Assembly (NCBI RefSeq): GCF_006345805.1
Contig: NC_043003.1
Span: forward strand, 21,452,001-21,516,000
Origin: Octopus sinensis
Lineage: Eukaryota
DNA: 64,000 nucleotides
Direction of reading: 5' to 3'
Shown: positions 1 to 14,485 of the stretch, piece after piece
Layout: every line of letters begins with the position of its first letter
Position numbering within the stretch: position 1 is the first letter of the stretch
Translations under genes and position numbers: made by a program
Notes under the pieces: model-generated
The model's input: the letters and a program-made list of their open reading frames with translations, nothing else
Database searches by the model: none
Told to the model about the DNA's origin: nothing

Positions 1-3000
1 TGTGAGAGGAAAAATTAAGTCATAGTTAGTTTCAATGTGATATATATGTATGTATATATATATATATATATATATTTATATGTGTGTTTATGTATGTATA
101 TGTATTTATGGTGGCACAGAAATAGCCAAGTGGTTAAGAAATCCACTTTACAATCATGATGTCCTAGGTTCAGTTCTGCTTATTTTTTGCTTTTTCTTTT
201 GGTATCTTTTTCAAAAGCTTCAAATCCACTAAATTTTTGTGAGTAAAACTGGGTGGAATAAAACTGTGGAAACGTGTCTGATAAACAGAACTTATAATTT
301 AAATGGCTTGGCCTCTTCTCACATAACTGCATCCAACTGATTCTGCCTGTGAATTATATTATGGTTATTACACATACCTATGAGATACTCAGCCACTTAA
401 ATACTAATACAATGAGTAGGCAGTCTTGTTGCTTAAGCAGCTGAAAGATTTATCATTGAAACCAACAAAGGATCCATTGTACATATGCACAAACATGCCT
501 GTGTGCACATGCATGTGGATGCATGTATGGATTCATAGATACCATCATCATAGTTCGGACATCCACTTTTCTATATTTGCTTCGGTCATATGGAATTCAG
601 TGAAGTGAATATTCCATGGCCAGATGCCTTTCCTGTCCCCAACCCTCACTTCTTTCTCAGAAGGCTGGAAATGAATGACACTGCTTGTATGACAGTGACA
701 CTTGTTTACAACTATGTGTATTGTCTGTATTGTCAAGACAAGGAAACTCAAACACACACACACACCGATATATGCACCTATATTGTGAAGGTACATGGCT
801 AAATGGTTAGTGTATTCACCTCACAATCGTACGGTCATGAGTTCAGTTCCTTGTTGCATGTTGTGTCCTTGAACAATACACTTTATTTCACATTGGTCCA
901 GTTCACCCAGCTGGTAAAAACGAGTTGTACCTATATAGTTCAAAGAGCCAGACTTGTCACATCACATGTCATGCTGAATCTCCCTAAGAACTGCATTAAG
1001 GGTGGACATGACTGGTGCTCTGCCACTTTCACATTGATATCATGAGCAGGCTGTTCCATTGATGACAAGATCAACTGGAATCTTCATTGTCATAACCGAT
1101 GGAGTGCCATTTTTTTTCCTCTTTCATACACACACACACAATGGGCTTCTTTCAGTTTCCGTCTACCAAATCCACAAGACTTCGGTCAACCCAGAGCTGC
1201 ATTACAAGACATTTGCCCAGAATACTACACAGTGGGACTGAACCCAAAACCATGTAGCTGGAAAGCAAACTTCTTAGCCATACAGGCATGTCTGTGCCTC
1301 TCTACAGATAGATATCTATGTATCTATATTTTGTGTTCTATATATATGTGTACATGTTTGTATACATATATATATATCTATATATGTGTATGTGTTTGAA
1401 TATTTATATTTAGATGTGGTTATGTTTGTGTCTGTATGTGTATATATACTCTCTTTATCCTAGTTATATGCCCTTTTTCCTTGCTGGTAAGTGCTGGATA
1501 AGTTGCCATGTTTTGTACCAGATCCTGTTTACTACCCTTCTAGACAGTTGAGGGACCACACCTCATCTGACCATTCTGTTTTTGACATGGTTTCCAAAAC
1601 TGGATTCCCTTTCTAATACCAACTAATTTACACACACACACATGTACACATATCCACACACACACATACATACATCCATCCATATATATATATATATATA
1701 TATATGTACATATGTAGGCAGGCATGTGTGTATATATACACACACATCCACATGTATGTACAGGCATGATTGTTTGGTTAAGAAATTCATTTCACCACCA
1801 TGTGTTTTGGGTTTCAATTCCACTTTATAGTCCTTGGTTAACCAATGCATTATGAATGCAAGGATTCAGGCAATGCAAATTGTGTGGATACCTGTATTAT
1901 GTATATAGATATGTGTATATATGCCTATGCATAATACGCATGTGTCACTTGTCTCTGCATATTTTCACTTAGATACTCCATGAATCATGTTAATATTGAT
2001 TATGTCTCACATAAGCATAAGAAACCTTCAGTAACCCAGCAGTTTGATGTGCAAAGATGTGGAATAAAATACCTTACTTGGAAACAAATAAAGAATGGCA
2101 TCAGGTAGGACATCCAACTGTGGAGTACTGCAGCAAGAAGTCTTGTCCAATCCATTCCAGCATGTAAAAGCCTGATGCATAAACAATGATCATAAACCAA
2201 TAATTATCTAAAGATATGTGTTGTACCAACATACTGTTGTCTGACCCATGCAAGCATAGAAAAGTAGGCATTAAAATTATGATAATGATGATCCACATAT
2301 ACAAGAGTATGTTTGGGTAACTTGTACACATGCAAAAATATGAGCATATATATTTCTCTCTGTGGACATGCATATATATATATATATGCATACAAATACA
2401 TATGCATGAGAATACAAACATGAATTATAACATACAAATCTGCACATGCACTGACTCCAAATACTGCACATATACATCATCATCATCATCATCATCATTT
2501 AGCGTCCGTTCTCCATGCTAGCATGGGTTGGACGGTTCAACTGGGGTCTGTGAAGCTGGAAGGCTTCATCAGGCCCAGTCAGATCTGGCAGTGTTTCTAC
2601 GGCTGGATGCCCTTCCTAACGCCAACCACTCCGTGAGTGTAGTGGGTGCTTTTTACGTGCCACCTGCAGCAAAAACACCCCTGTTGATATTATTGAAATT
2701 CCAATGAAGGGGACTTGGATCTAGGTTAGAAACCAGCTCCTCTATTGGTAAGAAATCTTCAAATAAAACTGAATCATCACACATACATACATATGTATTG
2801 AGAGAGACAGTGACACACATACATACAATTGTTTATATGAATGTGTTTGTGTTTGTATTTATGCATATTTTTATAATTTTCTGTTAATAGGTGTTATTTC
2901 TTTAAGTTCTTTTGTAGTTTTTGTTTTATGAAACAAAAGGGAGAGGAATGTTGTCTTGTTTGGAGTATAAATACAACAACATGTAGCTAATGTAACTGAC

Positions 3001-3379
3001 TGTTTTCTCAGACAATGATCTTGAGTGATAACTAGAAATATTTTGGGAGATACCAAAAACCAAGAGATTTTGTGTTAGTCTGTGCCTAAATGAACCTCAA
3101 GGTGTGATTCAATATTAGAAATGGTTTATGTGTTAAATTTATTTCCGTACAAAGATATATGTGTGTGTGTGTACAAACAACATGGACACACTGGTGTGTG
3201 CATGGCACTCCCCACTGTCTCTCTCTCTTTCTTTCTATCTATCTATCTGCTTGTCTCTCTATATATGTGTGGTGGTGGGGAGGCTAAATACATTTTTTTC
3301 CATGCTGGCATTGGTTAGATAAAACCTATTAAAGCACTATTTTACATCTGGTTACACTTCCTTATACATATATTTGCTG

Positions 3380-3720
3380 ATGATGATGACGATGATGCTT
3401 GAGAGTTGAGGACCCTTTGGTACAACCATAATTTCTCGTTACACAACATTGCCTCATGCTGTGGCTGTACCCTTACACTGGGATCCTCCCTATCCCGTCC
3501 TTGATGTCACTGCTCCATCTCAGTCTTTGTCACCCACAAACTTGCTTTCCATCCATCCAGCCCCACCAAGCATGTGGGCACAGAGGTTGTGAGCCTTGAT
3601 AACTTGGCCCCCAACATATTGCAGTTTTTTGTTGTCTGGCCATCGTCACCAACTTTCATTCCATTTCCATCTCCTCTAGTCCTGAATCGTTCATTCTACA
3701 GGCCTCCCAACTGATCTGTA
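3380..3720 (-). mobile_element. Old RTE-type LINE 3' fragment
   Basis: Decayed translation ..GWMDGKQVCG*QRLRWSSDIKD.. (GKRxRGRQRxRWxDxIK) with (CAT)n tail. Confidence 0.45.
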
Positions 3721-3797
3721 GCCCTCGTCTGCTGTCAGCCACCCTTAGGCTCCATGCTCACACTCATGCATAATACTACTGACCAGGCCAGGATATA

Positions 3798-3799
<2 letters not shown>

Positions 3800-3892
<93 letters not shown>

Positions 3893-3910
3893 ATATATAT
3901 ATATATATAT
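3800..3910. repeat. (CT)n followed by (TA)n microsatellite
   Basis: Directly visible. Confidence 0.95.
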
Positions 3911-6138
3911 TTTGTATCTGTCTGTCTGTCTTGTTCTTTCTTATGTTATCCTTCAGATAAATGGATATACATACATGACAAAAGTTGCCAATTTTTTTTT
4001 ATTATCATTATTGTTGAAAGTTGAGGTTTTTGTGTGTATATTTTTTTTTACATAACATGTGGTTTACTTTTCCCATCTTTTAAAATGATGTTGGGGTGAT
4101 CAACAACAACAACAATGATGATAATAATAATAATGATGACGATGATGATGATAATGATGACAGCAGTTCTAAGTGGAGAATATTTAACTATTCTACCTAT
4201 CCATTTCCCCCCGTTTTCTAAATCTTCATTGAAATTACAATTGTATGGTGTTTATGAATAGACTGGGTGGGCCAAAAGTCATCCTCCAAAATATTTGACA
4301 CTTTATTCATATTACATTATCATTATTATTATTTTTTTTTTTTATTCAATTTTAGAAAAATTGAAGCACATCTTTGACAAAATCCGGAGAGTTATCAAAC
4401 TTATTTTGTGTATGATTTTTGGCCCACCTTGTACTTTGTCTAAAGCTAAATCAAAACCTTAGATTTCAACAAATTTTACATAAATTTTAATTTGTTTGTT
4501 GTCGGCCATGGTGGTGAATTGTTGAAGTGCTGTGCAAAATTCCACAATTCATTGTGGTATTAAATTACAGCCTTTTAACCTTCTGAGTTCAAACCCCACC
4601 AAGGTCAGCTGTTTTTCGAGTTTTTTTTTTTTATAATTTTTTTTTCATTTGATCAGAGGAGTAAGAGTAGCACTCATGACTCTTTTCAGGGTTCTGAGAT
4701 TGGTGGTAATAAGGGAAGTAGTTTTTCATAGACTGGAAAACATGGCCTGAAGGCTTTGCAAAATAATGGACTGTACTAAAGACACCCAAGAGCCAGGTAG
4801 TGGTTTTTAAACTAAGAAATGGATTAAATCTACCACCTAAGAACAAAGACAGTCTCCTCTGATGGGCTTCCACACAGTTTCCATCCACCAAATTTCACTC
4901 ACGAAGCTTTGGTTGACCCAAGGCCATAGTAAAAGATACTTGCCCGTGGCTCAGTGCAGTGGAATTGAACCTAAAATCACTTAGTTTTGAAGCAGACTTC
5001 TTAACCCCATAGCCATACCTGCAGCCCTCTTTAACAGCCATGCCTTCCTTTCATCCATCCAAGGTCAATAAAATAAAACATCAGACAAGTATTGGGGGTT
5101 GATTTATATATATATCTTCTATAATGCACCCTAGATTTAATTGGAATAACAGAAGGTAAAGACTGAATCTTCCTTTCATCTTACAAACCCTTCTTGTATT
5201 TTAAATGAAATATTGTTTCATTCTCATTGGAAGCACAACTGCTTTGCAGTATCTTGATCGGCCGACAATTACTCAGTAATTAACCGCTGAGTGACGTTAC
5301 ATTTTGCTTAAAGCTATTCAGCTGAAAGTCTACCACGCACAACAAGAATGCTCTTAGTTAATAGCTGTTCAGTGATAAACCATTATTGGTTGAGGATTGC
5401 TTTCTAGCATTACTATTGGCACATAGCTGTTCAACAACATCACAATTAGTTTTTCAGCAGTAATATAATTAGCTGTTAATTAGCAACACTAATATAACAT
5501 TACAATTGGTTGTTTATTTGTTGCAGTAGTGCATCACACGCGATAGCAATAGTACAATATCATAATTGGCTGTTAATTTTTTAGCTAGAGTATATTACAA
5601 TTGGTCAATAATTGGCAGCAATAGTACAACACAGTTGGCTGTTAATTGCTCAATAACAAAAAAAAACATTATTGTTAGTTGCTCAACAATATCACTAGTA
5701 ACTGAATGTGTCTCAGCAATTCCTACAATTAGTAAATAGTTAATCTACAATACAATTAGCTGACTATCACCAGCAATAGAATAATTGGATAAATGTATGG
5801 TCAGCTCTAATAAGCATAATTCCTATTATGTAGGGCAGACATGAGAAACTGTTTTTTAAGAAGTGGGCCACTTGAGACATGGCTTATCAAAAGCAGGCCA
5901 CACTACTAAAAAATTCAAAGTAATTTTTCTGAAAGGCATGTCATTTACAAAGTCTTGTGGCCCGTGACTGACAGAATATTGGTTAACCCTACAAGAGCAC
6001 AATCTAATGAGTGCCACTAAATATTGATAATAGTTACATCTTATTTCACAGTTTGCTAAGACACACTATAGAAAGACAATTTGCCAAGACATTAGATATC
6101 TGATACACAGCTTCACCTTAATCCCTCTAAATTATACT

Positions 6139-6362
6139 TTAACCCTTCAGCATTCACATTAATTTGTCGAATGTAATGCTTATTTATTCACACTGCTTTG
6201 AATTAATCCTGCATTATCTCATAGCCTCAAGTTTTTGATGATGTAATTGCATATTCTTAGAATAACATTGTAGGACAAGTGTGGGAAACTAGGTCTGGCC
6301 ACTTTGAACATAAAATAGAATATTTGGGTCGAGTATAACTTGTTTAAATGCTAAAGGGTTAA
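6139..6362. mobile_element. piggyBac-like MITE (TTAA-CCCT...AGGG-TTAA); related copies at 8466-8689 and 36975-37202
   Basis: ttaacccttcagc ... gctaaagggttaa; shared interior among copies. Confidence 0.75.
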
Positions 6363-8353
6363 GAATCCAATGAGGTTGCTTGATCTGTTATAAATAGCAA
6401 CCAGATCTTTCTCATATCACACTTTATTGTCTTAATTTTTAAAAATGACACATTAGATATCTAAGTAAAAATAAGTCTGGGATACCTGAAAAAAATTAGG
6501 ATGGTCACTGCTGGAATCCTTTTAGTCATAGTTTTATACTGTTAGAAGAGTTTATGCTAAAAAAACAATAACTAAGACATTTGAATATTGCCATAAGTAT
6601 CTAAATTGCATTTTCATATTACATCTTGTCAAGCCAGCTAGGGACCCTCTACACAAGTACTCAATCTGCAAGAAATTGCAACCAAATCTTTATCAAGTTG
6701 CATTCTACTATCATTAAAAAAAGAAAAGGGAAGGGCACATTGGATTATTTAGCCCTAGATAACACTATGTCTTAAAATAAGATGGGATGGTCACTGCTGG
6801 AATGCCTTTGATTATAGGTCTTCTTGACCAAAACTGACCTGGGGACAAAAATAACATGAGATTTTTTTTAATATTTATTTGCTGACTCAGCTTTATTATT
6901 TAACTTGAAGCAGCCAATCTGAAGCTAATGAATTTTCTGATGTATACCTTCGTTATGGTATTAATTTTTGTTCAACAACATAATTATCTAAAGATTTGGA
7001 AACATTTCAAATTTTACCTCCTTGACTTCCAGTACCAACCAATATGTAAATGTACCACTAACCGAAGTAATAGTTTACACTTGGTAGATGAATATATTTA
7101 TACATACACACACACACACACGGACAAACACACATACATACACATAGAGATGCGTGTGTGTTTTCAGGAATATTCCTGTGTATTTAACCCTTTTGTTACT
7201 GTATTTCTGTTGAAATACACTGTTTTCTTTCTGTTGGTTTTGAAACAATATAGAAAACAGCTTTCATTATTAAGCTGATGTTTGAAACAATGAAATATTA
7301 ATGGGAAGTTTTAATTTAGATACTTTAAAACAAGAAGTTTGTATCATAGAACCTAAGGCTGTTTTGGCCAGGTTGATATCAAAAGAGTTAATATGTGTGT
7401 ATATGCATATGTATGTGTATTTAAATATGTGTATACATATTTTGTGTGTGTGTGTGTGTTCAGCCAATAGATCAATTCACAGAAAACTATTGATTGGAAC
7501 TTCCTAACAATTTTAAATGAAATCTGAAGGGTACTTATATGGTGCATACATATTGGAACTTCCTTATTTTTTACATCTATTACCAAAAGCAAAAAAAACG
7601 AAGAAAGAAAGAGATGTATATTGGAAAAGAAAGTACACAATATTCCATATTGATACTTATGTGGTAAGTGGTATAGAATAAGAAGTACATTCCCTCTGAG
7701 CTAAATCCATAACTTGGCTTCAATTTTCAGTTGAAGTTAATTTCTAATACTCTTGAAAAAGACATGAATGTCACAATTCTACATCCATTCCTCATTATAC
7801 CTATTTATATCTATGGCCTGGTGCCTCTGTAACAAACCAATATCGACACATTTTGGTGTCTTTAAAAAAAAGAAAATTAAGTTAGACCTTTCTTTTGTTT
7901 TTTGTTTTTTTATTTTGCAATCAAACTTTGATAACCACATTTGATCAGCTGATGTTTGATCATGATTGAAACTCTTCACTAAACATTGATACTTTAGTAT
8001 TTTCGTCCAGTGTCAATTGTTACCAAAAGTTATTTTCTTACACTGCAACTTCAAAAAAAAAAAAATTAAAAAATAAAAAGAATTGTCACAGCTTAATCTT
8101 AGAATTTTTTTAACGAAAAATATAAAAATTAAATGCTGTGTTAATCTACTGCTTTCTACATTTTTTTTTTTTTTGTATGAGTGTGAGATTTTTTATTGTA
8201 GATTAGTGATGAACCACGGATTAACATAGACAAGTCAGTTGTTTTGTAGATAGAAACAAGTAAGATTGTAGTTTTAATCCTGGGTAGATATTTTTAAAAT
8301 CAAATATTGTTAATCATATTGCTTATTTTAACCATTAGTCTTACATTCTAGAT

Positions 8354-8903
8354 CAGTGCTTTCCAACATTTCATGTGTGTCACAAAATTATATATAAGTC
8401 CAATATGAAATTACACAGGTGTGTTGCAAAATCACCTGAGAGAATATTTCATCTCTGATGTTTTTTTAACCCTTTTAGCATCCGGATTACTCTGTCAAAT
8501 GTAATGTTTATTCGAATGGTTTTGAATTTATCGTGCATTATCTTGTAACCCTGAGATTTCAGTGATGTGATTGTTATTTTTAAAATGACATTGTAGGTTA
8601 GGTGTGAGAGGCCAGATCTGGCCAGTTTGAACATAAAACAGGTAGAATATTTGGGCTGGATATGACCAGTTTAAAAGCTGAAGGGTTAAATATTTGCAAT
8701 TAAAATTAAGCATTGATTCAACTATTTTATCCACAAATGCCTACTCTCACATGTGAGCCCAAATATGGTTTATTCAATGGCTATACAGTGTGCAATTTTT
8801 ATTTTAAGCAACAAAATAAAAAAGAGAAAAAAGCAGATATTTATGGTACATTTTTAGTGAATCTAAAAGTATGTCACCAATTTTAAAAGGTTTGGAAGCA
8901 CTG
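8354..8903. mobile_element. hAT-type MITE with perfect 8-bp TSD, containing a nested piggyBac-like MITE
   Basis: TIRs cagtgctttccaac / tttggaagcactg; ttctagat on both sides (8346-8353, 8904-8911). Confidence 0.8.
8466..8689. mobile_element. piggyBac-like MITE nested in hAT MITE
   Basis: ttaacccttttagc ... gctgaagggttaa. Confidence 0.75.
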
Positions 8904-11149
8904 TTCTAGATTAGCTTTGCAGCATGGCTTAATGTATACTTGTTATTTTAGGAATAAGAGTATTGTTAATATTGAGCAACATGTTTTGGTTTTTGTTTTC
9001 AGTTGATAAAACAAATTTTATTTATTTATTTAGATAAGAATTCTTCAGCTTAATTTAGCCTAACATTTCCTTATAACTGCTTTATGAGGGCTGTTCTTAC
9101 ATTGTATCATAGACTAGCTTAAGACTATTATTAACCATTTTTTTTTTTTTACATGACAAACTGGACTGATAGATTGTCATGTGAATATATATGAGCAAGT
9201 TTAACATTAAATGCTCTTTCTATATGAAATCAAAAGCAAACTATAAAAAAAGCATATACATATATATATATATCTTATAGAATTTTTAAACGATAGCTTT
9301 TCATTTTGAAACAATTTAAAATGGAAAAAGAAACATTGTTTTGTATTAAATTTAATTTTTAGATTGTTTTTTTTTAACCTTTAAAGTGCTTGTGAACTTC
9401 CCTTTTTTTCTTTTTTTTTTGTGTTATGAAACCCTACTGAGATTGCTATAGTCCTTACATTTAAATAATATCAGAAATGGTAAACAAGCCTAAAAATAAC
9501 AGTGATGATGATGATGATGATGAATGATGGCGATGAAGTATAAGAAACTTAGAGTTAATTTTGTCATTCAATAAGATAAGTAAGGTAATCTTTTCAATAG
9601 GATAACAAGATGTTTTGTCTCAAAAAAAAAAATACCATTGAGACAACCTGCTCAAAGCGTTCTTTGAACACATTTCTTGTGGAGTGTTGCATTGATATTG
9701 GCAAACCCAACAGCTGAACTGAATGGCATTACATTCCCATGTTTTTAGTATTAGTGTTTGTATTACATTGATGCGAACATTGCAGTATATTTTTCCATCA
9801 ATCAAATACTTTAGTTTCTCCAGATAATCACATCTAATTAAGAAATAAAAATGTCAATTTATTATTAATATTAGTTTGCTTTTTTTATTTAGGTGAAAGG
9901 TAATTTCAATCTTATTGAACTCAATTTTGTCTTTCATCTTTTTGAGTATTTATAAGAGACAGAATCAGTCGAATGTTGCATGAGATTTTCTTGCCTATTC
10001 ACTGGAGTGACAGCTAATTTGTGGACTCGCACGTATGTTAAACAGAATCATAAGAGCAATGGACAAAACATCCTGTAATATTTCTTCCAGCTCTTTAGGT
10101 TCTGAGATCAAATCTCACTGAGGTTGATGGCATCAACTACCACCCTCCCTGCAAAATTGCTAGCTTTGTACTTAAATTAGAAATTAAAGGTGATGAGCCT
10201 GCAGTAATGTAATCAACTTATCCCTCTCCAAAATTGCTGGCCTTGTACTAAAATTTGAAAGCATTATTATTATTGTGGTGGTGGTGGTGGTGGAGTGACA
10301 GGTACAATACAATGTCACACTAAATGCCTTTGCAGTATATATTTAGGATATTTTTATAAATTTTCTAAGTTCAAATCCCACCACAGTTCACTTTGCATTT
10401 CATCCCCCCACCAGGGTTAATAAAATAAACACCAGTCAAGTATTGATAATTTAATTGACTGTACCCCTATCAAAAAATGTGTGGCCGTATGCTATTTTGA
10501 AAAATTATTGTCACCTTCAACATTATCATTATCAATATGGCAGTGGTGGTGGCCACACTATTAAATGCTTTGCAGTATTTTAGTTTCGTCTGGTTGATTG
10601 TTGAATGTTTGTGTATGTATGCGTGCATGCATGCATATATATATATATATACATACATACACACATATATATATGTATTGGTATTGGCCACTTCCATTGT
10701 GTTTCACATTCTTACTGTTATCTATGATACCAATCCCTTAAATGATGATTCCTGCTCTGAAATGCTGTTCTTGACTCGTTAATGTTAACCTACATATTAA
10801 ATGCCTTTCTTTTATTGAACCATACATATATAAATACATACATACACACACACATATTTATGTATGTGTGTATATATATTTATATATATATATATAAACA
10901 TAAACATGCTCACACATACACATGGAAAATATTGTGAAAGTTTTGGGTGTAATATATCAAATACGGACTGTTAATAATGATATGATTTATTCTCTCTGAT
11001 ACTGTCTTTTAATTATCACACAAATTATTTTCTTTTCTTCTTTTCGTTTTTTTTTTTGGTGGGGGGGGGAGCTAGCTTTTCTGAGTAAAGATTGTTTTTT
11101 ATTTTTATTTCTTCCCACTGAAAAGGTTTAATTTGCTTTGGAGTATTAG

Positions 11150-11185
<36 letters not shown>

Positions 11186-12294
11186 ATGTAACGAATATAG
11201 ATATACATATGGACATGCATAAGTCTACATATGTTTGTGTTAAACCATGAACAAGATATTATCACAATTTGTTTTTTTTCTTTTACTTTTCAATCCTTTA
11301 ATTTTCTTAAGTAAATTCCTATGTAATCAAAATTCCAAAGTACATAAATATAAAAAAAGAAAATGTGATTTAGGCTATTTTCAAAGAACTTCATACACAT
11401 TTGGAGATCATTTTTGCTGTAGATATTCTGTTAGTAATGCATAGTCATGAAATATTTTCCAACTTGTTAACATATTGTTAATAACATTATATTACTGATT
11501 ATTCATTTATTTTATTTTTATTTTATTTCATTAATTCTCTTCATTTTTTTTATTAATTTCTTATTTCTGCAGATGCCTCTCCTTTTCAGTCTTATTTCTA
11601 TTTATTTATTTTTTACACATTGAAGAAAACACAGTTTATATATATTGAAATCTAAATTATTTCAAAGCCTAAGATTTTTTGCTTTGGAAGGGTTTGTTTC
11701 CATTTTTATCTATTCTTTTTTTTTCTGATTTTTATTTTTATTTTTAATCAGAGTTTTATAGCATTCTTCCAACTGATTAATTCATATGCAATTAATGTTC
11801 TTCAATTTAATTAAAGCAATTCTCAGTAGTGGCAGAGACCCACGTTTGAATTTGAATTTGTACGATAGCAAACAAAAAGGCAATAATTTCTGTACAAGTA
11901 TATACAATAATAAATGACAATTTATTTCATTTTTTCAAACCATTGTCTTTTCTGTCTTATTTTTTGTCTTTCATACATCTTTACTATAACATCTCTTCTC
12001 ATTTATTCTGTTAATTTTATTATTTATATTTTCCCATCTATTTTTTTCTATGATAGGACATATTTGATGACCAGACTGCCTATAGGTTCCATCTGTCTGT
12101 CATTGCTTGGATCGGTGATTTCCTATCAGATCACACAATTGTGGTGTATGTGTGTGTGTTGATAAATCTCTCATACCACTCTACTCTAGTGCAGGGCCAT
12201 GTTAACAACATTACGGGCCCCTGGACAAACCATTGCACTGGGCCCTATAGCTTTCATTTTTTTTTTCACTAACTACAGCATGTGTGTGTGTGTG

Positions 12295-12617
12295 AAGGCA
12301 CATGGCTCAGTGATTAGAGCATTAGGCTCTCAATCATGAGTTAGTAAGTTCGATTCCTGGACCGAGCTGTGTGTTGTGTTCTTGAGCAAGTCACCTTATT
12401 TCACATTACTCCAGTTCACTCAGCTGTAGAAATGAGCTGTGACATCACTGGTGCCAAGCTGTATCAGCTTTTGCCTTTCCCTTGGATAACATCGGTAGCA
12501 TGAAGAGGGGAGGCTGGTATGCATGGGCAACAGCTGGTTTTACATAAACAACCTTGCCTGGACTTGTGCCTCAGTGGGTAACTTTCTAGGTGCGGCCATT
12601 CGTGACAGAGGGAGTCA
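12295..12617 (+). mobile_element. tRNA-headed CORE/RUDI-type SINE; copies at ~46668-46998(+), 52583-52915(-), partial ~790-1040 and 19150-19340
   Basis: ggctcagtggttagagc...gttcgattcc head; gtgttcttgagcaagacactt...actcagctgtagaaatgag core. Confidence 0.75.
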
Positions 12618-12635
12618 ATATATGTGTGTGTGTGT

Positions 12636-13851
12636 GGTCTGATCAATAAGTATCAAGACTGTTGCTGTAGTAACGAAGCTAAAGCACACAGAGTAAAGCC
12701 ACTTGACATGGATTGACCTTGAACTCTGCTGTGCATATGCACTGAGCTTTAACATTCTAGCTCACTTCTGCTGTTTACAGCAGTGCTTGGAAGGAATGTG
12801 TGTAGTGTGTAACCATGATAGAAAGTTGAGCAGAGAATCTGCATCAAATTTTGACAAAAGCTTGGTAATAACTGCTCAGAAGCCTACGCAAAGTTGTAGA
12901 AAGTTTATGGAGAGGAGTGTATGAGCTGAAAAAGTGTCAATAGTGATGAACGTTCTGGGAGATCCACAACCAACAGAACTGAGAAAAACATCACAGATGT
13001 GCATACAGCTCTGAGGAGAATTCGTCAACTCACCATCTGTGGGTTATCAAAGGATGAGCTGATTAGTTACGGATCAGTCCAGTCCATTATCACTGAAAAT
13101 TTGGGTATGAGACACATGCCTGCCAAAACTGCTTTCAGCTAACCAAAATGACACTTGGGTTTCAGTTGCACAAAATCTCCTAGATAGTGTCGAGAACAAT
13201 GAAAACTGTTCGAAAACAATAATAACAGGTGATGAATCATGGTTATGACCCCGAAACAAAGACTCAGTCTTCACCGTAGAAGACCCCACAAACTCCAACA
13301 CCAAAGAAAACAAGAAGGAGTCAAAGTAATGTGAAGACACTGTTGACCATTTTCTTCGAGTACAAGGGGATTGTTCATCATGAGTATGTTCCACTTGGTC
13401 AGACAGTAAACAAGGAGCAATACTGTGATGTTTTGTAGCGTTTGTGGGATGCTGTTTGTCAGAAAAGGTCACAATTGCATGTGTCTGGTGAGTGGCAATG
13501 CGTCGTCCCATTCATCACAGCTTGTTATTGTTTTTGGCTCAGCACAGTATTTTTCAGGTCCAACAGCCACTATATTCCCCATGTCTCACACCTAGTGACT
13601 TTTTCCTCTTTCCAGAAATCAAATTCTGGTCGAAAGGAAGATTTCAGGATGTTGAGAAAATCAAAGTGAAGGCAATGAGGCAGGTACTGATTATCTTAGA
13701 AAATATATTCCAGGAATGCTTCCATCAATGTAAACAGCGCTGGATTAAGTGTATGGCTTCTAAAGCGAACTACCTTGAAGGAGATTAAATGCCAAATTGG
13801 TACATGTAGTTTTGTTTTTATAGCACCAGTCCGGATACTTATTGATCATAC

Positions 13852-13852
<1 letters not shown>
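12636..13852 (+). mobile_element. Near full-length decayed mariner (irritans/Hsmar2-like) transposon, ~1.2 kb
   Basis: TIRs ggtctgatcaataagtatcaagactg / cagtccggatacttattgatcatacc. Frameshifted transposase: QRICIKF, RSG, GSVQSIITENLGMR, HHEYVP.GQTVNKE.YC.VL, DFFLFPEIK, CFHQ.KQRW.KC...YLEGD. Confidence 0.9.
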
Positions 13853-13892
<40 letters not shown>

Positions 13893-14006
13893 TGAGAGAG
13901 AGAGAGATTCAGATGAATATGGTACTTAAGTTGAGGCACCAGAATTTAGTACGGTATTATCATGCAATTTCAGAGTAAGGTGATTAAAATCAAAATATGC
14001 GACAAA

Positions 14007-14441
14007 GATATCCAGAGGCAATGCAGTACGATCGTTTCATGCAACTCCATTTAATTGAACAATGAAATCATTACATCAATTTAAAATGTAGAGCAATCTT
14101 CAGCTGCACAAAGATATAGAATTTAATTAAATTAGAACAGATGGATACATTAGTATAATTATACCTAAAATCTCCAAGAAGTTAAGGGGATAGACAAAGA
14201 ACATGTTATATCTACTTCAGCATAGAAGTTACTAAAATTATCAAGAAGACTCTGCCTGCCACTGATTAAAATTTTTTTTTTTTTTATAATTATACTAATG
14301 TGTCCATCTGTTCTAATTTAATTAAATTCTATGTCTTTGTGCAGCTGAAGATTGCTCTTCATTTTAAATTAATGTAATCATTGCATTGTACAATTAAATG
14401 AAGTTGCATGAAACGATCGTACTGCATTACCTCTGGATATC
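14007..14441. repeat. Inverted repeat, ~155-bp arms, ~120-bp spacer
   Basis: gatatccagaggcaatgcagtacgatcg... / ...cgatcgtactgcattacctctggatatc. Confidence 0.85.
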
Positions 14442-14448
14442 CTTGTTG

Positions 14449-14485
<37 letters not shown>

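Noticed and set aside
2891-2935. Possible plus-strand terminal exon (ttaatag|GT GTT ATT...TGA, GVISLSSFVVFVL*)
   Set aside because: Too short, no homology or upstream partner exon identifiable; could be chance
6917-7085. Possible exon in unique-looking sequence
   Set aside because: No recognisable protein similarity in any frame and no consistent splice pair
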